Assembly: GCA_964016885.1 (NCBI GenBank)
Contig: OZ024756.1
Span: forward strand, 38,316,001-38,380,000
Reading direction: 5' to 3'
From: Eledone cirrhosa
Lineage: Eukaryota
DNA: 64,000 nt
The notes beneath the pieces were generated by a model. It did no database searches and was not told the origin of the DNA. It saw only the letters and a program-made list of their open reading frames with translations. Below are positions 12,975-25,720 of this stretch, one piece after another. Each line of letters starts with the position of its first letter. The first letter of the stretch is position 1. The position numbers were made by a program, and so were the translations under genes.

Positions 12975-13858
12975 TTGACTGACTTGTCATTTTATCAGTC
13001 AGATGTTTTTAGACCTCACCTTAAACCTACTACATTAGTGTTTATCCTTGGTCTTTCATTAACGCAACACATTACAACTACTCAACACTTCTTTCTGTGT
13101 TACAAGATCTTGGTAAAGACATTTCTAGTTGACTGATATATCTAAATAATTCTACTAGTGTCTGTTATTCTGTCTTTGATGACAATGACATCAACTGGAG
13201 AAGGGAGTTTATAGGTATTGGACTCGGTATGGCTAGAGAGTCCTCCAAAATGATGCTAAACAAAAGTGTTGAGAGGACTCTTCAGTTATATCAAGGGCAC
13301 CACAACCTCTCTAGTAGTGATATCACAATAAAATGTACCTGGTACATTTTGTAAAATGGTTGTTGTTATGAAGGTCATCCAGCCATAGGGACCATGTTAA
13401 ACAAATGGGTGAAAAGACTCTGCAATTGTGTAATGGCAACTTGTCTAGTGCTGGTAATACAATAAAATGCACCTAGTACACTCTGTAAAGTTGTTGGTGA
13501 AAGAAGGAGTGATGATAATGTAGAATTCTAGTACCAAGAAGACCCTTTAGTTTTGCCACAATAAAATGCAGACAGTACACTTTGTAAAGTGGCTGGCTTT
13601 AGGAAAGGTAGCCAGCAATAGAAACTATGTTAAGAATTGGATTGTAAGAAGTAAGAAGTGGTGGTAGTGTTCTTGAGCAAACTACTGTACTTCATGTTGC
13701 TCCTTCCAACAGATCATCAGCAATGGAAACATTGTTTCCTTGGTCCGGTCTGATGCTTGGCTCCTTTCCTATAACAGATCACATGTGTTTGGTCGGTCTC
13801 AGAAGCTGTACTGTGTGCATTTGTCAAGACAAAAGCCAATTCACTTTCTAGAAACACT

Positions 13859-14062
13859 TTAACACTTTAGCATTTACATTACTCTATATATATACTATTG
13901 TATTTTCACAGTAAAGGCTTTATCTCACATAATATTGGATCTATGAGATTTTTATATTATTTTGAGAACAATACCTTAACATCAGTATGAGTGGCTAGTT
14001 AAAACCGGTTTGGACAGAAAGAGGTGAGAGAATTATGGCCGGTTTAAATGCTAAAGGATTAA
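13859..14062 (+). mobile_element. ~200-bp piggyBac-type MITE
   Basis: TTAA-CACTTTAGCATTTA ... TAAATGCTAAAGGA-TTAA; same family as 20628, 31148, 46535 and 52558. Confidence 0.85.
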
Positions 14063-14605
14063 AGTTTTGTATCAAACACCAGAGCTTAGTTCAGGTTGTT
14101 TGGTATCAAAAGTGTTAAGAAAGATCATTTCCTTTTCTTCCACTAAAATAACACTGTGGTTCCATCAAGGTTTATATTAAGAATTTAAAGAAAATAACCC
14201 CTTTCTCAAAATAAACATTTCAATGCTTTGAATCTTATCTTTATCTTCTTATCCCCACCTTCAGTTTTCCTTCACCCCTCTCCTCAATAAGAGGTGCTGA
14301 AAAGTTCTCACCCTAACATGTGTGTGTATGATTATATGTGTGTGTCATTATATATGTGTATATATTTGGGAATTGAGTGTCTGTAGAATATTCAACCTTT
14401 TACATTCAGTTGAACAACTGAAGGCCCATTGTCAAAACCAACAGAATATCTATCACACACACACACATACCTAGAGTAATGTAAATAATGTATTTATATC
14501 TGTAAAGCTGTACCAATGATTTGAGGGTCAGAACTTTCTTGTTTAACACACTCTTCAAACTGTCTAACCCATGCCAGTATAGAAAATAGATGTTGAATGA
14601 TGATG

Positions 14606-14637
<32 letters not shown>

Positions 14638-15231
14638 ATATATATATTATATACATATTAATAGGTGTGTATATGAAAATATATGTATATATATAAATAC
14701 ATATCATTGTCATCATTACCGTTTTACGTCCATTTTTCCATGCTAGCATGGATTAGACGAGTTGTCCTTCCCGTTATGGCCAATGCCAGACACACACACA
14801 CACATACACACATACATACATACATACATACATACATACATACATACATACATACATACATACATACATACATACATACATCCACATACACATACACAAG
14901 GGCTTCCAGCTGTAGAAAACCGACCACACAAAATGTCATAGGGATTCTTCAGTTGTGTTGAAGACATGACAACTTTAGTAAAGTTGGTTCCATGATGAAA
15001 TGTACTCGGTAGAGGACAGGAGTGTATGTGAAGCCCTGCCTTGAAGGGGCAATTGTAAGAGTGCAGGACCTGAAAGTACACAAAGTAGATAAAATTATTG
15101 GTTGGTCTGAGAACTTTTCAATGTCTCCTAATACCTTGTCATTTATTCTGCCTCTACTGTACTAATCCCTCTCCCTCTTTCACTCTCACACTAAATATTT
15201 TTTAAATCAAGCTTATTTTGTCTTCTATTGT

Positions 15232-15235
<4 letters not shown>

Positions 15236-15287
<52 letters not shown>

Positions 15288-15332
15288 ATATGTATGTGTG
15301 TGTGTATATATATATATGTGTGTGTATATATA

Positions 15333-15363
<31 letters not shown>

Positions 15364-15795
15364 GTGTGTATATATATATGTGTATATATATATATATGTG
15401 TATATATATATATATGTGTATATATATATATATGTATGTGTATATATATATATGTATGTGTATATATATATATATGTGTGTGTATATATATATGTATGTG
15501 TATATATATATATGTATGTGTATATATATATATGTGTGTGTATATATATATATATATGTGTGTGTATATATATATATATGTGTGTGTGTATATATATATA
15601 TATATGTATATATATATGTATGTATATATATATGTGTGTATATATATATATATATATGTGTATATATATATGTGTCTATATATGTATGTATATATATATG
15701 TGTGTATATATATAGATATGTATATATATATATATATATATGTGTATATATATATATATATATGTATGTGTATATATATATATATGTATATATAA
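15236..15795. repeat. (TA)n/(TG) compound microsatellite
   Basis: Direct inspection. Confidence 0.98.
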
Positions 15796-16489
15796 TGTGG
15801 GTAAATTAACTGGATGTTATACAGAATATTTTAATTAATGAACTTAGTAGTTCAACAAACAGAGATCAATAGAATAAGTACCAGGCTTTAAAAAACTACT
15901 GATAGGGGCTTAATATGATGGATTAAAACCCCTTTTAGGCTGTACCCCAGCTTGGCCACTGCCTAATGACTAAATTCAGTTATAGAGTAAAATATTAAAA
16001 TACACTAATTGGAGCAGAGGGAATGACATGCATTGTTTAAGTTAAGAAATTATTACTGCCATAAATATTTTATGTCCACCTTTTTTTCTGTCCCCCAAGG
16101 ATAATTTAGTGAATTTATTCAGCTATTTTATAGTTAATATATGTATTTTGGCAGCTTTTCATAAATCTAAAAAGCAAACAGATTTTTACAGAATTTCAAA
16201 CTTAGCCATTATCTTTTGTCAACTTAGCGGTTTGTTTTATTTTAAAGTTAATTTGTTTTTTGTTTTTTTGAATTGAGTTCATTTTTATAATTATTTAAGA
16301 ATAAAGCAATGATTTTTTTTTTTAATTACCAATATTTTAAATATTAATTAGTGATCATTATGATAGAATATGTATACAGTCTAAAATTAATAGCCATATA
16401 AATGTTAGATATATTTAGTGAAAAGCAAGCTGATTTCTCTTATCAGTGTGTTTATGCTTTTTGTGATCATTATTGTTATTATTATTAGA

Positions 16490-16930
16490 GTGGTGGATTG
16501 ACAGAATTGTTAAACTGTCTGAGAGCTTTGCAGCTTTTGTTCTGACTATTTACAGTTCTGTGTTCAAATCCCACCATGGTTAGCTTTGCCTTTCGTCCTT
16601 ACAGGATTGATAAAATAAAGTACCAGTAATGCACTGAGGTTGATTTAATCGACTTGCCCTTTCCCAAAAAATTGTTGCTCCTGTGCCTAAATCAGAAACC
16701 ATTGGCAGAATCAGTAGAGCATCGCACCAAATGCTTCGTAGCATGCAGTTATGGCCCTTTGATATGATTTCAAATCCCGCCGAGGTTAGCTTTGCCTTTC
16801 ATCCTTATGGGAGTCGATAAAATAAAGTATCAGTAAAATACTAGGGGGAGAGAGGGAGGCAGTGATTTTGTCAACTTTCCCCCTCCGTTCCCATAAAGTA
16901 TTGATCTTCTGTCTAAATTAGAAATCGTTG
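16490..16930 (+). mobile_element. Two tandem tRNA-derived SINEs of a second family (centre GGTYRRCTTTGCCTTTCATCCTT...GATAAAATAAAGTACCAG)
   Basis: A box TGGCAGAATCAG, B box GTTCAAATCCC, tail ...TGTGCCTAAATCAGAAACCATT. Fragments also at 1-42, 6245-6310, 19745-19825, 22590-22720, 24540-24670, 32180-32235, 47657-47772, 50030-50100 and 62296-62398. Confidence 0.8.
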
Positions 16931-17001
16931 TTGTTGTTAATATGAACATTGGAAATGTTCCTGTCTATATACATTGATCTTGATGTCATGTATCGACAGG
17001 C

Positions 17002-17207
17002 GACTTTCGTCAAATCGGACAGAGGAAACAATGTTTCCATTGGTCTTTCCAATTGCTAGTACTATCTATTGGTCGCAACTCCAGGTAGAAGAAGCAACGT
17101 GAAATAAAGTGTCTTGCTCAAGGACATAACGCATTGCCTGGTCCAGGAATCGAACTGACAACCTCACGATTGCGAATCCAATTCTCTTACCACTCAGCCA
17201 CGTGCCT
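17002..17207 (-). mobile_element. tRNA/CORE-like SINE, tail type b
   Basis: Same head as 1511-1754; tail CTACCTGGAGTTGCGACC...GGAAACATTGTTTCCTC; matches 23899-24101. Confidence 0.8.
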
Positions 17208-17501
17208 ACACATGTATATTGATCTAATATCACAAATGATTTGATTGATTGATAATTTCCAGATCTTCTCTTTCTTAGAAGCATTCTTATATACTCCTTC
17301 TCATTATTGCTATTACAACATCCATTTAACCATGCCAGGTGTGATCTCATACCTTGAGGGTCCCAAGCCCCTAAATGGGAGGGAATGGATGCTCACTGGA
17401 CATTTGCTGTTGTTGTTTCTCGTCCATCTTCCCCACACCTTCTGGTAACACATTCACACATTCTCATACACACACTTACATACATATATAAACACACACA
17501 C

Positions 17502-17532
<31 letters not shown>

Positions 17533-17632
17533 CAGGGTGTCCCCCCAAAATTTATACATACTTTCATTACCTGTACAGGCAATATTTATTAGAATGCTGT
17601 TGAAGTATGTATACATTTTTTGGGACACCCTG
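17533..17632. mobile_element. 100-bp Tc1/mariner-type MITE
   Basis: TA-CAGGGTGTCCCCCCAAAATTTATACATACTT ... AAGTATGTATACATTTTTTGGGACACCCTG-TA. Confidence 0.88.
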
Positions 17633-17640
17633 TATGTGTG

Positions 17641-17695
<55 letters not shown>

Positions 17696-19989
17696 GCCGT
17701 ATATTTTGGTCCTAAAAAATATACACACGTCTACTGTTGATGTTTCATTGTAGAGACCCTAACCACCGTAGAATGGTAGAGTCTCAAGCAGCAGCAGCAT
17801 CACCACCACCACCAAGATGGTATTCAGTTGGTGTTAGTTGTATGTACTCAGAAAGGCCTCTGTTTCTCTGAGCAGGTGATTCTCTCTGTCTCCTCTATGT
17901 GCAATGGTTTTTGGATAAAGATCTCACACACACACATGTACACACTCATATATGTATATATATTATGTGTGTTGTGTGAAGAATTTGATCTGCATTGATT
18001 GGTTGTTGTCAAATCCTTACCTTTTAAATTGAACATTTAACCCTTTCACTACCATATTTCTATTAGAAGGTATATATTGTCTACTTATATCTCGGCATCT
18101 CATAGTGTTTGTTGATGGTGGAGTAAGAAATCCTGAAATATCTGTATACATGTATGCTGAGGTTACTATAACCACAGTGAGAGTATATGTATATTATATA
18201 TTATAAATGTATTGTATATAGGTCCATGTATGCCTTCATTCCGAACCACATTCTTTTAGTACTATCACTAATGCTATTACTAATTCTACTGAAATGCATA
18301 TATTGTGTTTCAATTTAATTTTTTAATAATAATCAAGAATTTGATGTTGTTTCGTAGAAAAATAACACTTTAATTTTTATTAAAATGGTACTTAGAACTT
18401 TACAAACAAACAAACAAAAAATAATATTTTGATCTGATTTGAATGATGGAAGTTTGGTTTTAACTTAAACATAAACTATTTAAAGTGAGCAGTTTTGGGT
18501 TCTATTTAGAAATAAGGGGACAATCTCAGGTAGATTGGTATCATAAAAATTAATATATATATCTTATTTTATTTTCATTTTCAATTATTTTTGCATATTT
18601 TTTCTTTTTTTAGTTTAATGTATTTCAGAATGTTTAGTTCAGATTTATTCCAGTGGGTAGTTTGGGCAATTATAGATTTTTATACATACTGTATATGGTT
18701 GATATATACATATGTTTATATGTATATTACATGATTTATAGTCTAAGAGAGCCCATTTTTGTCTGTGTTCCCATAAAATATACTTTGTGTAGAAGACGTT
18801 TCTATATTAAATTTGATATAACACACACATTACATTTTATGATCTCTTAAATATCAACTAGACATTTCATAGTTAGAAAAAAATCCCAAAAGATTACAAT
18901 TGTACATTCATAGTTTACTTAGTTGTAACTAAACAAAGAAACAGAAAGTTTAGATGAGGAAATATGACATTTAACTATTAATTAATTGTTTAGTAATTAC
19001 ATTAATTATATTCTGAAAGAATACATAAATATTAGATTGAGATGCCCTTTTTTAAGTGAAGCAATTAATCCTAACCTTAAAGCTTTATTAAATTTTCTTT
19101 TTATAGTACATCAAAAGGTTAATGAGTTGGAAGTTGGCCTTCAGCAGTGAAAACAAAATGAAGGAAGGAAAGGCCAATAGTTTTTTTTTTTTTTATGTTT
19201 CTTCAAATATAACAGTTTCATATAATAGAGATAGTAAAATAATATTGAAGAAATTGTTATATTTGGAGAGGGTCATGTTGTCCTAATATTGCCAGATAAA
19301 ATAGTAAAATACACTCACTGTTTGGTTTGGTTTTCACTTCAGTATATTTTTATATTTCTATAAATAATTTAGCTGGCAATCAATGTTGTTTATCATAAAA
19401 GATTTCTTCATTAGCCACAAGGGCTTGCACATATAAGAGAATACATGTTATAAACAAAGATGAGGTTGCATATGGGGCTGGACAAAGAAAGTTATATAGA
19501 AACAAAGGTAGAGGCAGGCTGTAATACAAATGATAAATTGAAAATTTCATAAGACATGAAATAAATATAAAATATTTAATAATACTAATAATGCTAACAA
19601 TAACAACATTGGTGTATACTACATAGTCGGTATAGTGGTGGATTTGAAAGCCCGACCAACACATAACAGAAGGTGCAGCATTTTGTATCTTACTTTGGTT
19701 TTTAACATTAATATGACATAAATGAACATGTGAGATTGACACTTATTAGAGCATCAGATAGAATGTCTTGCAGTATCTGTGTGTTCTGAGTTCAAATCCT
19801 GGTGAGGTCAGCTAAGCTTTTCATAAATGAATGAAATAAATTCTTTTCTCAAATGAATGAAATAAATTCTTCTCTCTCTCTCTCTCTCTCTGGAGAGAAA
19901 TGGGCTAGATTGGTTAGGAGGAGTTTCAAGGAGCTAGTACTAACTACCCCTGTTGATAACAACGAAAGGTTTCTCTTTACAAATGACCA

Positions 19990-20345
19990 GCTACATGTTA
20001 AATAAATATGATGCTACATGGTAGTGAAAATTGGGCAGCAGCGAATACACAGGATATCCCAAAACTAGAGAGAAATGAAGCAATGATGTTTCGATGTACA
20101 TGGATGAGTTGAGAGAACACCTGGGTATCAGATGCAGTGTACAATAAAGAGGACTGTGATGGTACAGACATGTGATGTGATTGGGTGGAGGGAAGCTGCA
20201 GTAGAGGAAGACCTGGGCAGAGCTAGTAAGAACTGATTTCATGATGCTGAACCTCAGAAGAGATGATAAAGGAACACAAGTGGAGAGAAGTTGTGCTGGT
20301 AAGGAGCCATCCAACCCATACTGACATAGGGAAAGAGACTTAAAG
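19990..20345 (+). mobile_element. Old RTE 3' coding remnant
   Basis: Decayed ...ELREHLG...WYRHVM...KTW motifs and a CCATCCAACCCATAC terminus. Confidence 0.6.
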
Positions 20346-20627
20346 GCACCCAAGGGGTAGGTAGTGGTGTTAAACCAGGTGACTGATTAATTCCTAACAA
20401 CCCAATTAAACCTCAATAAAATTTGAACTCAGAACACAAAGAGCTATTATTAACCCCGAAAGGATGGTAGACAAAGTTGACCATAGCAAGATCTGAACAA
20501 GTTTTTATATTAATTTTAATAACTTTAATGTAAAGTCTGTTAAATTAGAAATGTCTTTGAGAACTCCTGGGAATTGTTTCCTAGTTGACTCCTGTTGTTA
20601 AGAGAGTATTAATGTAGTATATTTCAA

Positions 20628-20843
20628 TTAACCCTTTAGCATTTAAACCGGCCATATCCTGTCAGAATTTTCTCACCTCTTTCTGTTCCAACAGGCTACT
20701 CATACTGATGTTAAGGTATTGTTCTCAAAATAAATTATATCAAAATCTCATAGATTCGATATTATGAGATATTATGTGAGCTAAAGCCTTTACCCTGAAA
20801 ATAAAATAGTATATATAGAGTAATGTAAATGCTAAAGAGTTAA
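20628..20843 (-). mobile_element. piggyBac-type MITE
   Basis: TTAA-CCCTTTAGCATTTA ... TAAATGCTAAAGAG-TTAA. Confidence 0.88.
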
Positions 20844-20966
20844 ACCTGGTGTCATGATAGAATGTACCCAGTGCACTCTGTAAAGTGATAGTACTGGTAT
20901 GACAATAAAACACACACTGAGAGATAGGTGATGTTAGGAAGGGCTTCTAGTAGAAGAAGCCATGTT

Positions 20967-21652
20967 AAATATGGGGCATACAACCAAGGCAAGGTCTCTC
21001 CGACCTGCTAAATATGGAGCATACGACCAAGGCAAGGACTCTCCGACCTGCTAAATATGGGGCATACAACCAAGGCAAGAACTCTCCGACCTGCTAAATA
21101 TGGGGCATACAACCAAGGCAAGGTCTCTCCGACATGCTAAATATGGAGCATACGACCAAGGCAAGGACTCTCCAACCTGCTAAATATGGAGCATACGACC
21201 AAGGCAAGGACTCTCCGACCTGCTAAATATGGGACATACAACCAAGGCAAGGTCTCTCCGACATGCTAAATATGGAGCATACGACCAAGGCAAGGACTCT
21301 CCGACATGCTAAATATGGAGCATACGACCAAGGCAAGGACTCTCCGACATGCTAAATATGGGGCATACAACCAAGGCAAGGTCTCTCCGACATGCTAAAT
21401 ATGGGGCATACGACCAAGGCAAGGACTCTCCGACATGCTAAATATGGGGCATACAACCAAGGCAAGGTCTCTCCGACATGCTAAATATGGGGCATACGAC
21501 CAAGGCAAGGTCTCTCCGACATGCTAAATATGGGGCATACGACCAAGGCAAGGACTCTCTGACCTGCTAAATATGGAGCATACGACCAAGGCTTGGTCTC
21601 TCCGACATGCTAAATATGGAGCATATGAGCAAAGCAAGGTCTCTCCAACCTG
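20967..21652. repeat. 43-bp minisatellite, 16 copies, inside an RTE 3' UTR (~20846-21720)
   Basis: Unit AAATATGGRGCATACRACCAAGGCAAGGWCTCTCCGACMTGCT at 20967 + 43n; RTE tail motifs on both flanks. Confidence 0.95.
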
Positions 21653-21779
21653 TCTAGTCTGCGGTCATGACAGCTCATCCAACCCATGCCAGCATGGAAA
21701 GTGGATGTAAAATAATGATGAAGGTGAGGAGGAGAAGTAGAAGGAAATAGCTGTCTTGGGACCCAATAAACAAGACTGT

Positions 21780-22330
21780 TCCAGGTGCAGACATACGGCC
21801 CCTGTTTTAGAATTAATTGATATACATCATATTTTGTTTAGTGGTGTTCATGTACAGGTGCAAGGCTGGTGAGCAGACACATGACTGTAGCTCAGAGTTG
21901 AAAGGGTTCATGTTAGCCTACATGAACAATGAAGCAACAGTCAGCGAAGTGGGAAACTGGACATCAGAGCAATTATCTGCAGTATGGAAGAACACTGCGA
22001 GTAGTACATGCAGTGATGCAACTGGTGCACACAAGATGGAGCTGGTACATGTGGTGTAAGTGAGGAAACTGGTGTATGTAAGTTCTGCGACTGATACATA
22101 CAGGCAAGGAATGCAGTTGGTGCATACATGTTTGATGCACATGTGGCATATGGTGCAGCTCATAAGCGTAAAATGCTAGAATTGGTAGGAGTCTTCAGGG
22201 GAAGAGGAAGATGGAAGAAACAGTGAGGCTTCATTTCTACGATGGTGGCTTTCATTAAAGGTGTGATGTGTTGGTAAATTGTGGTGCAACAGACCTAGTC
22301 AACCCATGGCAGCACGGGAAAAGACAATGT
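21780..22330 (+). mobile_element. Old RTE 3' remnant
   Basis: Ends ...GGGGAAGAGGAAGATGGAAGAAACAGTG (RGRG..K.W) and CAACCCATGGCAGCACGGGAAAAGAC. Confidence 0.55.
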
Positions 22331-22802
22331 GCTATAGATATATTAACAGTGTATATGTATATATACATATATATTGATGTGTGTGTATATACATATATAT
22401 TGATGTGTGTGTATGTATACATATATATTGATGTGTGTGTGTGTATATACATATATATTGATGTGTGTGTGTGTATATACATATATTGATGTGTGTGTGT
22501 GTGTGTATACACATATATATTGATGTGTGTGTATATACCTATAATACTATAATGGCTATTTTTCTAAGAAAGAGAATTCTGGATTGTCTTAGACTGATAC
22601 ATTTATTGACCTTAGAAGTATGAAAGGTAAAGTTGACCTTGGCATGATTTGAACTCAGAGAAGGCAAGGAACCAGAACAAATACCACAAGGTATTCTATT
22701 CAAAGTTCTAACATCCCTACCAACTTTAATAAATACATGCAGGGTTACAACTACTCCAGCATGAGACAAAACATGGATACTTCTGGCTATTTGTATATAT
22801 AA

Positions 22803-23215
22803 CATCATTGCTGTAGAACCAGGGAAACACATACCAGATGTCTTGACTTGCTATCACTGCTATAGAACCAGGGAAACACATACACCAGATGTCTTGATCT
22901 GCCATCACTGCTATAGAACCAGGGAAACACACATACCAGATGTCTTGATCTGCTATCACTGCTATAGAACTAGGGAAACATACATACCAGATGTTTTGAT
23001 CTGTCATTGCTGTAGAACCAGGGAAACACATACCAGATGTCTTGATCTGCTATCACTGCTATAGAACCAGGAAAACACACACATACCAGATGTTTTGATC
23101 TGTCATTGCTGTTATAGAAGTAGGGAAACACACATACCAGATGTCTTGATCTGCTATCACTGCTGTAGAACCAGGGAAACACACACACCAGATGTTTTGA
23201 TCTGCTATCACTGTT
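22803..23215. repeat. 48-53-bp minisatellite, ~8.5 copies
   Basis: AGAAC(C)AGGGAAACAC...ACCAGATGT at 22815, 22864, 22915, 22966, 23014, 23063, 23116 and 23167. Confidence 0.92.
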
Positions 23216-23898
23216 CATATTTCTGATATATCCTTTAATCTTGTGTCTTTTTGAAACATGGCTCCTTAAGTAAATTTGCCCATGTATTGGTTACCATGGC
23301 ATCAGATTTGAGGTTTATTCTTCAGAATTATGCAAATATTAAACTAATTATGATTTTTATACATTGTTCTTTAACTTTTTCATTACTTCATTTCCAATTA
23401 AAGACTGCTTATGGTTTCCAAATAATTTGAAAATAAGAATTTTGAGGGATTTAATAGCACAACTAATTTTCTCATTATTAAGTTGGTTTTGGTACATAAC
23501 ATAACATAGGTTCTTGCATAGTATTATGATGGAATACTTTTAGATAACTAGAAACACTTTAAAATAAACAGTTTTGTATTATAGAATGAGGGACAGGTTT
23601 ATATGAAAGGTGTTGAATATTCTTGTTATAACTGCTCACATCATATGATGACATTTTTAGTGTTAAAATTTTATAGTCTATGGTATTTAAACCTGTTTCA
23701 TACCAACCCAGCCAAAACTAGCCTCAATACTATGAAACAAAATCACTCACAAAGGGTTTGATATAAGAACCCTGTTAAGTTACTATCTTTGTAATGAAAT
23801 CATTATTAATTGAAATAGAGTGTATTTCATTAGAAATATGGTCAGAAAAGGGTTAAATATGTGGTGTTAAAGTCCCCTTTAATACTTTTTGTGAACTC

Positions 23899-24101
23899 AT
23901 GTGGCTGAGTGGTTAGAGAATTGGATTAACAATCTTGAGGTTGTGAGTTTGATTCCTGGACCGGGCGATGCGTTATGCCCTTGAGCAAGATACTTTATTT
24001 CACGTTGTTCCTTCTACCTGGAGTTGCGACCGATAGATAGTACTAGCAACTGGAAAGACCAACGGAAACATTGTTTCCTCGGTCCGATTTGACAAAAGTT
24101 G
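23899..24101 (+). mobile_element. tRNA/CORE-like SINE, tail type b
   Basis: TGGCTGAGTGG A box, B-box-like AGTTTGATTCC, CCCTTGAGCAAGATACTTTATTTCACG; homologous to 17002-17207. Confidence 0.8.
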
Positions 24102-24819
24102 ATCGATCCTTTATTTTTTTTTTAATACTTTTGTTCAACTGGTGACTATACTACATATGAAATATATTAACCCTCTCTGGATCAGAGCTGGGGGCATGAC
24201 AATTAGCATGGGCCTACAATTTGAAAGAGATCTCAGGGTGTTGAACCTCACAAAGGAGATGACACAGGAAAGAAACATGTAATGATACTATAAACATTTG
24301 ACTTAACATATCTGTTTTTAGATATTTTATACTAAACCATTACAGAATGTTGAGAGTTAAAGGGTTAATATATGGTATGATATGGTTCCGTAGCTCCTGA
24401 GACGTAGGAGCGCCGTATTTATATATGGCATTTTCAGGGCATTTTAAAACTTAGCGGAGCCTATCCCTCTCCGGTTCTGAAGACAGCAAATTTCTTCCAC
24501 AAAAGGATAAAAAGTGAGAGAAAGAGATATAGAGGAAGAATCGACCCAGTATTAGACTGGTATTTTTTTTTATCAACCTCAAATGGCAAAGTTGACTGCG
24601 GTGGGATTTGAACTGCGAAAGAACCAGAACAAATACCTTAAATTTCTCTATCCGATGGATTCTGCCAATTCGCCATGTGGTGTATTTAGTGTGTATTTCA
24701 TGTAACTTCCACCCTTCACCACTACATGGTTCTATGGTAGTCTTGAAAATGATATTGTATAAGAGATAATAAACTAAGGCCAAACAATGAGATTATAGGA
24801 ATATCGGCTTAGGATAATT

Positions 24820-25100
24820 GACACAACAAAAACCACCCAGTCCATCCTGTAAGGTGGTCGTGCTGGTGACACAACAAAATACCACCCAATCCATCCTGTA
24901 AGGTGGTGACACAACAAAAAGAACCCAGTCTACCCTTGTAAGGTGGTTGGTGTTAGGAAAAACATCCAATAGTAGAAACCAAGCCAAAATACTGGTCTGT
25001 ATGAGTGAGACGCAGTCTCTTGACCCGGCTTCTCTCATAATACGATGACCCATCTAACCCATGCCAGCATGGAAAATGGTCATTAAATGACGATGGTGAT
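24820..25100 (+). mobile_element. RTE 3'-UTR fragment (three modules)
   Basis: Repeated GACACAACAAAA..CACCCAGTCCATCCTGTAAGGTGG; terminal AACCCATGCCAGCATGGAA. Confidence 0.8.
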
Positions 25101-25369
25101 CTGTTACATAGCATATTTTACATGAATCAGTGGTGGTGTGGTCTTAAATTTCAATTATTTTGTTCACTCAGTCAAAATAAAGTTAACACAACACACAACA
25201 GGTCGATACTCAATAAAAACGTAAGAACATATAAACGAAACTTCATCTTCAGGTGTGTACTGGAGCAATGTGAAATGAAATGCTTCGCTCAAGAACACAA
25301 CCCACTCCAGGAATCAAAGCCATCACATTATGATCATTAGTCCAACACCCTAACCGCTAGACCATGCAT

Positions 25370-25720
25370 CTGCAGTAATACAGAGTACCCGACCTCCCAT
25401 GGGTACAAGCTGAAGCATATAGACAATATGCCCCCACACCCTCCCACTGCAAGGTGGTCGTGGAGGTGCCACGGCAAAAAAGCACCCAGCCCACACTGTA
25501 AAGTGGATGTGTAGGCGCCACGGAAAAAGCACCCAGCACTCACTGTAAATGAGGTTGGTGTTAGGAAGAGCATCCAGCTGTAGAAATCAAGCCAAAATCA
25601 GTTCCTGTATGAGCAAGGCATGGTCAGCCGACCAGACACTGCCCACAACAGGATAACCCGTCTAACCCATGCTAGCATGGAAGAACGGACGTAAAACGGT
25701 GATGATGATGATGATGATAT
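25370..25720 (+). mobile_element. RTE lineage B 3' end
   Basis: Near-identical to the reverse complement of 32953-33305; (GAT)n tail. Confidence 0.9.

Noticed and set aside
14288-15130. Mariner-like element bounded by GCTGAAAAGTTCTCA / TGAGAACTTTTCAA
   Set aside because: The TIR resemblance is short and decayed, the interior is filled with other repeats, and no transposase motif could be confirmed.
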